A stretch of 64,000 bases of DNA from an uncultured virus (IMG/VR IMGVR_UViG_3300022745_000033) (taxonomy: Duplodnaviria; Heunggongvirae; Uroviricota; Caudoviricetes), in the IMG/VR virus record IMGVR_UViG_3300022745_000033. One strand, given 5' to 3'. Every line of letters starts with the position of its first letter. Position 1 is the first letter of the stretch. Of this stretch, positions 27,467-35,156 are shown piece after piece. The notes under the pieces are model-generated. The model did not search any database. It was not told the DNA's origin and was given only the letters and a program-made list of their open reading frames with translations. Position numbers and translations under genes: made by a program.

Positions 27467-28140
27467 AAATTTCCTAATATGTGTTTACGTAGAGCTGCCA
27501 CCGTGATGGGGGCGATGGGTTCGACGAGTTCCAACATGGCCTGCGCATACACACGGATCTCGTACTGGCTGTGCGAGTGCAGGCGCAGCTTTAGAAAATG
27601 TGCCAAGTTGTGCAAATCCACCGTAGCGAACATGTGGCTGAACGTGTTCATAGGAAGAACACCGCGTGCCAGTTCGCGGGGCACACCTTCTTTGATGAGG
27701 CGCTTATAAGTGTGGACCGACTGCACGCACTGGGTGTAGATCAGGTTCTGCATCTGACGGGCCTCGGCATGCGGCTCATCCGTGCGCATCTGCTTGTTTG
27801 AGGTGCTCTGGGTGGTGATCTGCTCAAGTGCAGGCAGATAAAACTCTGCAGGCAGTTCAGCGTATCGAGCCGACACTTCATTGAACGACCAAGTGCGGTG
27901 GCGATGCCACTGACGCAATACAAAGATCGGTGCTTTCACATCGAACGTGAATTGCACTGACTCCAAAGGACTTGTGTGATGGTTTCGGACAAGGTAGTCG
28001 ATGAGCTTGGCGTCTTTACCTTCGTCTTCCCCACTACGCCACTGCGCGTCGTAAGACACACGGGCGTTGCGCACAATGCTTAAATCGGAACCCATCGACT
28101 CAACAAGTCGGACGTGACCGTGGTTCAGTACCTCGATCAC
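27463..28140 (-). CDS. thyX: FAD-dependent thymidylate synthase
   Basis: RHRTWSFNEVSARY ThyX signature; H-x-SPLE; ARGVLP. Confidence 0.95.
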   Translation of the reverse strand: MIEVLNHGHVRLVESMGSDLSIVRNARVSYDAQWRSGEDEGKDAKLIDYLVRNHHTSPLESVQFTFDVKAPIFVLRQWHRHRTWSFNEVSARYAELPAEFYLPALEQITTQSTSNKQMRTDEPHAEARQMQNLIYTQCVQSVHTYKRLIKEGVPRELARGVLPMNTFSHMFATVDLHNLAHFLKLRLHSHSQYEIRVYAQAMLELVEPIAPITVAALRKHILGNL

Positions 28141-28349
28141 AGTATCACCTTTTGCATGTTCAGGTAGGCCAACAGACCTTGCTTGTCGGTGGGAACATCG
28201 ACCTCGACTTCGGTGACTTCTTTGCGGGCAAAGCCGCCGTCGTAGAGTTTCTTGCGCTCAACGACGGCTTCAGCCTTGGAGCCGACGTAGATGGTTTTGG
28301 TGAGCGAGTCGCCACCGTTGCTTTGTGCCTTGATCTTGTAGAGCCTCAT
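28137..28349 (-). CDS. hypothetical protein
   Basis: 70 aa, coupled to thyX. Confidence 0.6.
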   Translation of the reverse strand: MRLYKIKAQSNGGDSLTKTIYVGSKAEAVVERKKLYDGGFARKEVTEVEVDVPTDKQGLLAYLNMQKVIL

Positions 28350-28357
28350 GATGTTCC

Positions 28358-28618
28358 CTATATGTGTGATTGCTTAATGCGCTGGATAGCGCGACGGTCC
28401 CATTCAGCTTGGACAAGCGTTTCCAAGCTGCTGAGTTCTTGAATGGAGAGATGCGGCAGACGCGCAGTCACCCCCAATGTGATCTGGGATGCAGTGAGAG
28501 ACCTCACGACGGTCTGCTCCAACTCATATCTGTCGATATATGTCTTGATGACATTTGGTCCGCCTTTGCGGCTGACATAAATCACCATGACCTCGCCGAT
28601 GCTTTCGTGAGCGATCAC
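28358..28618 (-). CDS. hypothetical protein
   Basis: 86 aa, ATGA overlap with ligase. Confidence 0.5.
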   Translation of the reverse strand: MIAHESIGEVMVIYVSRKGGPNVIKTYIDRYELEQTVVRSLTASQITLGVTARLPHLSIQELSSLETLVQAEWDRRAIQRIKQSHI

Positions 28619-29499
28619 GATATGTCCCTCGCATCACGCAGGCCGAGGTACACAGGGTGGCGCGGCTTGTTCTTCACGCCGATGGGGAATGACTTGTACT
28701 TGACCATGATCCCCGGGCGACCCTTGACCCACCACCACGCTTTGTCGCTGTCATCGAAGCCAGTACCGATCTGGAACTCCACCTGAGTCTCAATATCACG
28801 TACCAGCAAAGCGCCCATGCGGCCCTTGCCGGTCTTGTTCTCTTGGTGGCTGCTGCGTTTGGTGCGGCCCAACTCGTTGGTCTGGGCCTCGTTGCCGTTG
28901 TGCATCTCTTCGATCACATCCAGCACCACGGCCTCGCTGTCCACGAAGCGCTTCACCTTGAGCAGGTAGCCCTCACGTGCAGTGCTGCGACCGAACTTGT
29001 AGGGCGAGTCAGGGTGACGCAGGATTACACCCTCATGGCCTTCCTCCAACGCCTTGGCTTCGAACGCATTTAGAGCTTCGATGTCGTGAACAAGCGTTTG
29101 CGGTAGCAGCGCAAGACGTTTCCCTAAACCGTCAATACCGTTTTGCAGAACCTCCATGCGAAACCGGAAAGTAGCATCACTGTGAGTGAAGTCATCAAAC
29201 ACGTAAAACTTCCAGTCTGGCGAGGTGTCCTCCGACATGACACCCGACACGGTGTCGCGGTAGCACGTCGGTGAATTCACTGGGCCGACAATCAACTCAC
29301 CGTCCAGGCCCTCGAACGCGGGCTTACTTAACGCTGCAGCAATCCCGACGTTTGGGATGTGCTTGAGTGAACGGCTGAGCAATACGCCCTCACGTACCAC
29401 AGCACGAATACCGTCAAGCTTGACGCTTGCATACATTGGCCATCGCACATGTTCGAGTTCCATGGGGGAGGCCAGCATAGGTTTGAAGGGCTTACTCAT
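28615..29499 (-). CDS. ATP-dependent DNA ligase
   Basis: KLDGIR, LDGEL, EGVILR, LLKVK motifs and C-terminal OB fold; start at MSKPFKPMLA. Confidence 0.95.
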   Translation of the reverse strand: MSKPFKPMLASPMELEHVRWPMYASVKLDGIRAVVREGVLLSRSLKHIPNVGIAAALSKPAFEGLDGELIVGPVNSPTCYRDTVSGVMSEDTSPDWKFYVFDDFTHSDATFRFRMEVLQNGIDGLGKRLALLPQTLVHDIEALNAFEAKALEEGHEGVILRHPDSPYKFGRSTAREGYLLKVKRFVDSEAVVLDVIEEMHNGNEAQTNELGRTKRSSHQENKTGKGRMGALLVRDIETQVEFQIGTGFDDSDKAWWWVKGRPGIMVKYKSFPIGVKNKPRHPVYLGLRDARDIS

Positions 29500-29735
29500 T
29501 TCTCGGGTCCTGCATTGAATTGAGCCATCAGGCGCAGCGCCTTGATGCTCAACGAGTGGTTGAATTTGGCTTGGGCTATGACTTGGTTCAGTGCATCGCC
29601 GGCACGACACCCGTCGATCAGTGGTGTCGGCAGTACCGTACGTATCCAGCGCTGCTTGTCTGCGTCAAAAACGTGGAACAACCCCCAGTTTTGCCTGGCA
29701 GCTTCAGCTCGCTCCTCTTTTGTTAGATCGTCCAT
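29496..29735 (-). CDS. hypothetical protein
   Basis: Start at MDDLTKEER; ATGA overlap with ligase. Confidence 0.55.
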   Translation of the reverse strand: MDDLTKEERAEAARQNWGLFHVFDADKQRWIRTVLPTPLIDGCRAGDALNQVIAQAKFNHSLSIKALRLMAQFNAGPEK

Positions 29736-29775
29736 AGAGTTTAGATTTAAGGACACGCCCGTAGGCGCGATAGTC

Positions 29776-30150
29776 CTATGTTTTGGTCTGTCTGATCGAC
29801 ACAACCAAGTTAGGTAAGGTGATGTGTATGGTGGTCCCATCCTCCGTAATCACGAGGTTGGGGCGGTCGGCAATCAGTCTGGGAGCGTATTCGACACCAA
29901 CGCCAGGAAGGGCAGAAGCCTTCCACTGATACATCCACCGAGCCCTTGAATTGCTGTCTTTTGGCGCCGGAAGGCGTGTTACTAGGCCTTTACGCCACAA
30001 CCCTCCAAGATAATCCGAAACCCGATTAGCAGTGGCCGCATACTCACGAACCTCCGGTTCGTCGAACAATTGGTTACAATCCATCGGTTCCCCGGTGGCG
30101 CGTAGTATTTTCTCCAGGGCATGAAATAACCCCTTCTCAGAATTGCGCAT
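29776..30150 (-). CDS. putative winged-helix DNA-binding protein
   Basis: AGGAG RBS before MRNSEK; helix pattern then RVSDYLGGLWRKGLVTR..RWMYQW wing-like segment. Confidence 0.5.
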   Translation of the reverse strand: MRNSEKGLFHALEKILRATGEPMDCNQLFDEPEVREYAATANRVSDYLGGLWRKGLVTRLPAPKDSNSRARWMYQWKASALPGVGVEYAPRLIADRPNLVITEDGTTIHITLPNLVVSIRQTKT

Positions 30151-30185
30151 GACATCTCCTAAACGGTCGTAGATTCTATTCCGTT

Positions 30186-30596
30186 CTAACTCACCCACCC
30201 TTGGATGACTCTCGCCAGTGCTGCCCTGTTAACGAGCTGACGGCGGAACTCAGTTGCCGTGTAAACGGTATTCCAGCTTACGCCCTGGAACCACACCCCC
30301 CCTTCCTTACACCCGACAAGAACCCCGACATTACGTCCTTCGGCATGGCGATCTTTGAGCCATGCCTGTTGAAGAGTGCTGATACTAGGATTCTTGCCGT
30401 TGATCAAGTCGATCACTGTGTCACCACGTTTTGGGAGCACAATAAACTTGTACTCTACCCAGAGATCTTTCTTGGAGCTGTACCACACGTCCGCAATCCC
30501 GCTGTTGTACGGGTTGTTGTTTTTCATGTGGTACAGGTCATCCGGCAAGTGCTTATGCACACTGCGGATGAATGTCGTCTCCGGTTTGGAACTCAT
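30186..30596 (-). CDS. VRR-NUC/PD-(D/E)xK nuclease (resolvase-like)
   Basis: PETTF..SGIADV..WVEYK..STLQQAWL pattern. Confidence 0.75.
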   Translation of the reverse strand: MSSKPETTFIRSVHKHLPDDLYHMKNNNPYNSGIADVWYSSKKDLWVEYKFIVLPKRGDTVIDLINGKNPSISTLQQAWLKDRHAEGRNVGVLVGCKEGGVWFQGVSWNTVYTATEFRRQLVNRAALARVIQGWVS

Positions 30597-30898
30597 GCCT
30601 TCTTCTTGAGAGGCGTGACCTTCTTCGCGGCTTCTTCGGCTTCGATGAGTCGAGCCTCAACCAGTCGTGTGTAACCGATGATGTCGGTCCACGAGTCGAT
30701 GTAGTCCGGGTCACCGTTGAGGATACGGCCGATCTTATGGGCCACCATCTCCAAGGCTTCCTTTTGATCTTTGTGCAGAGTCACCCAATTAAGGGTGTTG
30801 TGCATCGTGGTCTTCAGGTCCTGTGTGATCTGGGCATGTTGAGCAAACACACCGTAGCGGTCGCCGCGCTCCTGCAGGGTTTTGTCTATGGTACTCAT
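30593..30898 (-). CDS. DUF6378-like protein
   Basis: LQERGDRYG..KIGRILNGDP...DSWTDIIGY motif. Confidence 0.7.
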   Translation of the reverse strand: MSTIDKTLQERGDRYGVFAQHAQITQDLKTTMHNTLNWVTLHKDQKEALEMVAHKIGRILNGDPDYIDSWTDIIGYTRLVEARLIEAEEAAKKVTPLKKKA

Positions 30899-31263
30899 GC
30901 GAACAACTCCTGCATTGCGGCCTTGAACTCCTCGACCTCACCCGGCTCGGTCAGGGTCAGCCGACAGACTTGAGCCTCGTCTTTGTCAAACTGCTTGCCC
31001 ATCTTGAACAGCACCTGCATCTCGGGCGTGCCGTTACGGTTCGTGCCCTCGCGCATGCTGATCTCCGTGGTGTTACCACTGAAGACGCGGCCACGCACAG
31101 CATTGCCAGAGCATTCCATGCAGTCGCACTGTTCTTTCTCCGCAGCCTTCTTGGCGGTGGCAGCATTCTTCATCGCCTCAATGAACAGGTCATTGAGGTT
31201 CTTCGGGTTGCTGGGCTTGGCCTGCTCACAGGTGCCCTTCGGTATATTGTCTTTTTCCATCAT
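30895..31263 (-). CDS. hypothetical protein
   Basis: 122 aa, coupled on both sides, CDCMEC motif. Confidence 0.55.
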   Translation of the reverse strand: MMEKDNIPKGTCEQAKPSNPKNLNDLFIEAMKNAATAKKAAEKEQCDCMECSGNAVRGRVFSGNTTEISMREGTNRNGTPEMQVLFKMGKQFDKDEAQVCRLTLTEPGEVEEFKAAMQELFA

Positions 31264-31823
31264 GATTTAGCCTTTTTGGGAGCTTCAAAGGGGATGTTGA
31301 GAAACAGCTGGCGGTGGATTGCCGCCGCTGTCTGTGCCTGCTGATACGCGTCAGATAACGCGTTGTGCTTGACCCCCAAGGCGGGGACACGAATGTCCCT
31401 AGCGCCGGGCAAGTTCTTGTAGGTACGGAAACATTTGGCGTTCCAGAATTTCCACGGCACCTCCATACCTAGCTGTGTGTACGCATGGGCCAGCATCGGG
31501 ATGTCAAAGTCTGCACCGTTGGACCAGATCATGTAGTCACTGGTTCCGAGCCAATCACTAAATTCAGCAAGGGCAGTCTGGAGCGTTTCTTTGCTCTCGT
31601 GAAAAACCTGCTGCGCAGATACGTCCTGCCTGAGCCACCAGATCAGCGTGTCTTCACTAATGCGGCGTTTCATCTCAAGATTCGACTCGATAGAGATCGA
31701 ACGGTAGAAACCATCATTGTCGATCTCACCCGTGGCCAAATCAAACTTCACTGCCCCTATGGACAGAATCACCGCATCGGCGGTAGTCGCCAGAGTCTCG
31801 TTGTCAACCATTACGTGCTTCAT
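31260..31823 (-). CDS. DEDDh 3'-5' exonuclease
   Basis: VMVDNET, WSNGADFD, HNALSDA motifs. Confidence 0.9.
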   Translation of the reverse strand: MKHVMVDNETLATTADAVILSIGAVKFDLATGEIDNDGFYRSISIESNLEMKRRISEDTLIWWLRQDVSAQQVFHESKETLQTALAEFSDWLGTSDYMIWSNGADFDIPMLAHAYTQLGMEVPWKFWNAKCFRTYKNLPGARDIRVPALGVKHNALSDAYQQAQTAAAIHRQLFLNIPFEAPKKAKS

Positions 31824-31938
31824 GCACTGCCCCTCATTTACGATTGATATTGTTGATTTACGATCTAAAATTCGATCTTAGATCGAGGTGCGAATGATAG
31901 GCGGATTTAACCCACCTAACACTCGCAGTTGGTAAATA

Positions 31939-32232
31939 TCAGACCGCTGCAGAAGGTTCGAGTGCAGCCAACTTCGCGTTGATCTTCTCAACGCCTTTGG
32001 CAGCTGCAGCCGCCGCTTTGTCGGCTTTAGCTGTAGCCAGGGCATGAGCTTTCTGGGCGAGGGCGACAGCCTTGTCAGCTTCTTTCTTGGCAGCAGCCAA
32101 AGATTTTTCGGCAGCTTTGACCGCATCGGTGTGGGGTTTCAGCGCTTCTTGCTGAGCCTTCAACAGAGATTGCAGGTCTTTCTTCTGAGCTTTGATGTCA
32201 GCTTGGGTGAGGGCGGGTTTTTTAGTTGCCAT
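31939..32232 (-). CDS. Lys/Ala-rich coiled-coil (histone-like) protein
   Basis: AAGGAG RBS before MATKKP; very high K/A content. Confidence 0.7.
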   Translation of the reverse strand: MATKKPALTQADIKAQKKDLQSLLKAQQEALKPHTDAVKAAEKSLAAAKKEADKAVALAQKAHALATAKADKAAAAAAKGVEKINAKLAALEPSAAV

Positions 32233-32440
32233 GGTATTTCTCCTTGAGTTGGCTTGCATACTTGATTTCATTGAGCCTGACGGCTCGGCTTATGAGCCGG
32301 TTGAGTACCGACTCCCTTCTCTGTGAGCCTGCCTCCAAGTGGAGACAGGCCAGCACTTCTTCCTCAGTCAGCTTATCCAACACACGCACCAGCGCACTGT
32401 AGGAACTAAGCGCCTCGGCGATCTTGTATTTGCTGACCAT
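32222..32440 (-). CDS. hypothetical protein
   Basis: 72 aa between coupled genes. Confidence 0.55.
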   Translation of the reverse strand: MVSKYKIAEALSSYSALVRVLDKLTEEEVLACLHLEAGSQRRESVLNRLISRAVRLNEIKYASQLKEKYHGN

Positions 32441-32448
32441 GGCTCACC

Positions 32449-33216
32449 TTAACGACGAGCAGGTACTGAGCGACCCTTGACTTGCTTAGGCTTCGGAGCC
32501 TCATAGCCGGACACATCGGGTTCCTGATTCAGCAGAGTGCGGGCTTCGTCCTGGCGGGCGAAGTGAGCTTCCAGCTCCTCGTTGGGTTTGGCGTCGCTGA
32601 ACACGAGTTTGGGGTAGTCTTCGTTGTCGTCGAACGCGACAGTGACGACCACACCCACAGGCGGCAGCTGGAACGTGCGCGATGTGCTCTGCACGAAACC
32701 ATCGAAGGACTTCAAGCCCATTGCCGAGACCTTGAGCGTGTACATCGGCGCGTCTTCCACACCGGGTTCCACCACAGCCAGCAGGCGTGTGTTGGAGCAG
32801 GCCTTACCCTTGCCCTTGGAGCCAAAAGCATTCATGGGGCACGAAGCACAATCGTCAGACTGCTTCTGCGGGCTGTTGTCAGACGCCACCAGCTTGGTGG
32901 GGATGGTGCCGATGGCGAAGCATGCAGGCGGGACGATGTTGTCCTTGTCGAAGTCGCCTTCATAGAACTCGTTTTTGGCCACGAAGTCCACCACGACGAC
33001 CTCAATGGGGCCGTCGCTCTTGCGTCCGTCGGGGAAGCTGAACTTCTTGCCGGCAGTGCGAATACTGATCCCGGTAGCAGGAGCAGTGCGCTCGTTCATG
33101 GCTGCAGCCTGAGCTTGCAGCTGAGCACGGATATCGACAACAGCGCCGCTAGTCTTTTTTAGAGCTACGACGGTCCCAGTTTTTGCTGCTGGGGCAGCTT
33201 TCTTTACGGTGGCCAT
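32449..33216 (-). CDS. putative ssDNA-binding/recombination protein
   Basis: 255 aa; PPAC..CASCPMN..GKAC zinc-like motif typical of replication-module proteins; AAGGAG RBS. Confidence 0.5.
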   Translation of the reverse strand: MATVKKAAPAAKTGTVVALKKTSGAVVDIRAQLQAQAAAMNERTAPATGISIRTAGKKFSFPDGRKSDGPIEVVVVDFVAKNEFYEGDFDKDNIVPPACFAIGTIPTKLVASDNSPQKQSDDCASCPMNAFGSKGKGKACSNTRLLAVVEPGVEDAPMYTLKVSAMGLKSFDGFVQSTSRTFQLPPVGVVVTVAFDDNEDYPKLVFSDAKPNEELEAHFARQDEARTLLNQEPDVSGYEAPKPKQVKGRSVPARR

Positions 33217-33228
33217 GTGTGGCGCTCC

Positions 33229-33630
33229 TTAGTTGGTGGTACGAAGATTGATGCGCTTCTTGGTGAAGGGGAGCACACCGGGAACTTTCTTCCCCTGCTC
33301 CCACAACTCGCGGACGCCGGGATCGGATGCACGCTTCTGTACGAGGTGCCAGAACTTGTTTTTGCCGATGTAGGCAAAGAACGAATCCCAATCCTGTACG
33401 TCAGCAGTGATAGAGGAGGTGATAGAGACGGACGCCTTGGTACCCGTGGCTTTCTCCAAACCTTCTTCACCAAGACGCTCCATCAGTTGCTCTTCGATGT
33501 CTTTGATCTTGAGTTCGACCTCTTTCAGATCGGACTCCAGCTTGCGCTTCTCCTCGCGGTGCGCCCAGAGCTGGTCGATGACTGCACCGACGGACGGTGC
33601 GCGGACTTTCACGGGTGTGGCTGTTGCCAT
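33229..33630 (-). CDS. coiled-coil replication-module protein
   Basis: 133 aa, AAGGAG RBS, N-terminal coiled coil, DVQDWDSFFAYI motif. Confidence 0.6.
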   Translation of the reverse strand: MATATPVKVRAPSVGAVIDQLWAHREEKRKLESDLKEVELKIKDIEEQLMERLGEEGLEKATGTKASVSITSSITADVQDWDSFFAYIGKNKFWHLVQKRASDPGVRELWEQGKKVPGVLPFTKKRINLRTTN

Positions 33631-33689
33631 CTACGTTCTCCTTTGGTGGATGAAATATAACACAATCTAAAATAGATCGCAATAATAGC

Positions 33690-34445
33690 TTAGATGTACA
33701 TGCAACCGGCACGACCTTGGTACCGGTTGTGGGGCGCTTTCAGACCGATGCCCTCGGCGGTCTTCACAGCGCCACTGATGAGGTAGGCGTTAGGCAGCAG
33801 GATGTCATCGTCGTAGGCTGGCAGGTACTTCAGCAGCTCACGGACAATGCTGTCGTCCAGTGCTTTGAACATCAGGGCGTCATGAAGCAGCTGGCACATA
33901 GCCCTCTCGCTGCGCAGCTCTGCGTTGTGACGGCCTCCACGGATATGCAGCAGAGCGTCGCGGTGGTCACGCAGCGGCTGGAGTTTCTTACGCACGTGGG
34001 CTGCGAGCTTGCGGTCAAGGATGTAGGTGGTGGTCTCGGCAGCAGTGCTCTCGTCCAACACCCACTCGCCTTTCTTCAGACGAAACTCCAGCTGGCCGTG
34101 CTTGGGCTTGAGCCACAGATCTTTATAGAGGATATACATCACGCCACCATGTGAGGTTGCGACTATGCCTCTTGGGAGGAACCGGTTTGAGAAGGTGATG
34201 GAGCTACTGCTGTCGTACGTCCTGACACACAGCAGATCACGCCACCACTCCACCATGGCGGTGCTGTAGTAGGTGAACTGATACACACCGTCTTGGTTGG
34301 TGATGGTCTTGGAGGTGTCACGCTTGTTGGCCAAGCCACGTGTGTTCGGCCCGAAGCGGTCGTGTTCGTGGGACTTCGCCCAGACCTCTTGTGCTTTCTC
34401 ATAGGTGTTGACGTACGGCAAGTCGCGCCCGCTGATGGCAAACAT
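33690..34445 (-). CDS. hypothetical protein
   Basis: Start MFAISG after AAAGGAG; upstream extension in ORF track rejected. Confidence 0.7.
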   Translation of the reverse strand: MFAISGRDLPYVNTYEKAQEVWAKSHEHDRFGPNTRGLANKRDTSKTITNQDGVYQFTYYSTAMVEWWRDLLCVRTYDSSSSITFSNRFLPRGIVATSHGGVMYILYKDLWLKPKHGQLEFRLKKGEWVLDESTAAETTTYILDRKLAAHVRKKLQPLRDHRDALLHIRGGRHNAELRSERAMCQLLHDALMFKALDDSIVRELLKYLPAYDDDILLPNAYLISGAVKTAEGIGLKAPHNRYQGRAGCMYI

Positions 34446-34462
34446 CAGTTTCTCCTTTAGGT

Positions 34463-34543
34463 TGGTGGACGCTCCAATTTTTGGAGTCGGGCCTACTTGT
34501 CCGTATTCTTTCAACGGTGAGCCGATAGCTCTTAGGAGCGTCC
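34463..34543 (-). ncRNA. putative tRNA-like small RNA B (81 nt, 3'-ACCA)
   Basis: GGACGCTCC/GGAGCGTCC 9-bp terminal stem plus ACCA; internal hairpins GAGC/GCTC and CCGT/ACGG; TTTAC leader. Confidence 0.6.
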
Positions 34544-34548
34544 GTAAA

Positions 34549-34624
34549 TGGTGGAGACCCTGTTACTGCGACGCGAGAGACAGAGGGGGACCTATCTCTC
34601 GCCGCTGGCCAAGCCAGGGTCTCC
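34549..34624 (-). ncRNA. putative rod-like small RNA A (76 nt, 3'-ACCA)
   Basis: GGAGACCCTG/CAGGGTCTCC 10-bp terminal stem plus ACCA; inner GCGAGAGA/TCTCTCGC stem; TTTAC leader. Confidence 0.6.
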
Positions 34625-34631
34625 GTAAAAC

Positions 34632-35156
34632 TTACTTCTTAGATCGACCACCGCGTCCATGGTTCTTACCAAACGAAGTCTGTTTGCCTCGGGAGGCATT
34701 GTGTTTGCGCAACACTTTAGATACAACAGTTTGGGAAACGCCCATGCACTCGGCTACTTCCACTTGAGTTAGTGCTGATCCGAGACGAACAATCGCTCGC
34801 TCGTCAACGTCCAACTTCGGTCCGCTGCGGTGCCTACCCTTCGCTACCATGTCCCGCATATTGTCTTGGGTGGTACCTAAGAACAAATGGCTGGGGCGGT
34901 GACAGCGAGGGTTGTCGCACTTATGCAGCACGTTCAACCCCGCAGGGATTGGTTCAAGGTAGGTTTCGTAGGCGAGCCGATGAACCATAATTTTGCGACC
35001 GTCAATCTTGATCTGAGGGTACTTATGTCCGAGATCCAATGAAGTTTCCCAACATTCGTCATTCATGACCCGGTACTTGTTGAGTCGTTCTGCACTCGAC
35101 AGCCCTACTTGGCGTTTTGACTTATTTGGAATATCGAACATCGAACCCTCCTTCAC
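34632..35156 (-). CDS. HNH homing endonuclease with C-terminal HTH
   Basis: VHRLAY..VLHKCDNPRCHRPSHLFLGTTQDNMRDMVAKGR; LTQVEVAECMGVSQTVVSKV HTH; start may be 35141. Confidence 0.9.
   Translation of the reverse strand: MKEGSMFDIPNKSKRQVGLSSAERLNKYRVMNDECWETSLDLGHKYPQIKIDGRKIMVHRLAYETYLEPIPAGLNVLHKCDNPRCHRPSHLFLGTTQDNMRDMVAKGRHRSGPKLDVDERAIVRLGSALTQVEVAECMGVSQTVVSKVLRKHNASRGKQTSFGKNHGRGGRSKK

Noticed and set aside
34446..34514. N-terminal extension of the 33690 ORF given in the ORF track
   Set aside because: A strong AAAGGAG precedes ATG 34445; the extension runs through structured element B
34463..34624. Canonical tRNA genes
   Set aside because: Terminal stems are 9-10 bp, there is no TTCGA T loop or standard D/anticodon arm, and element A is not a cloverleaf
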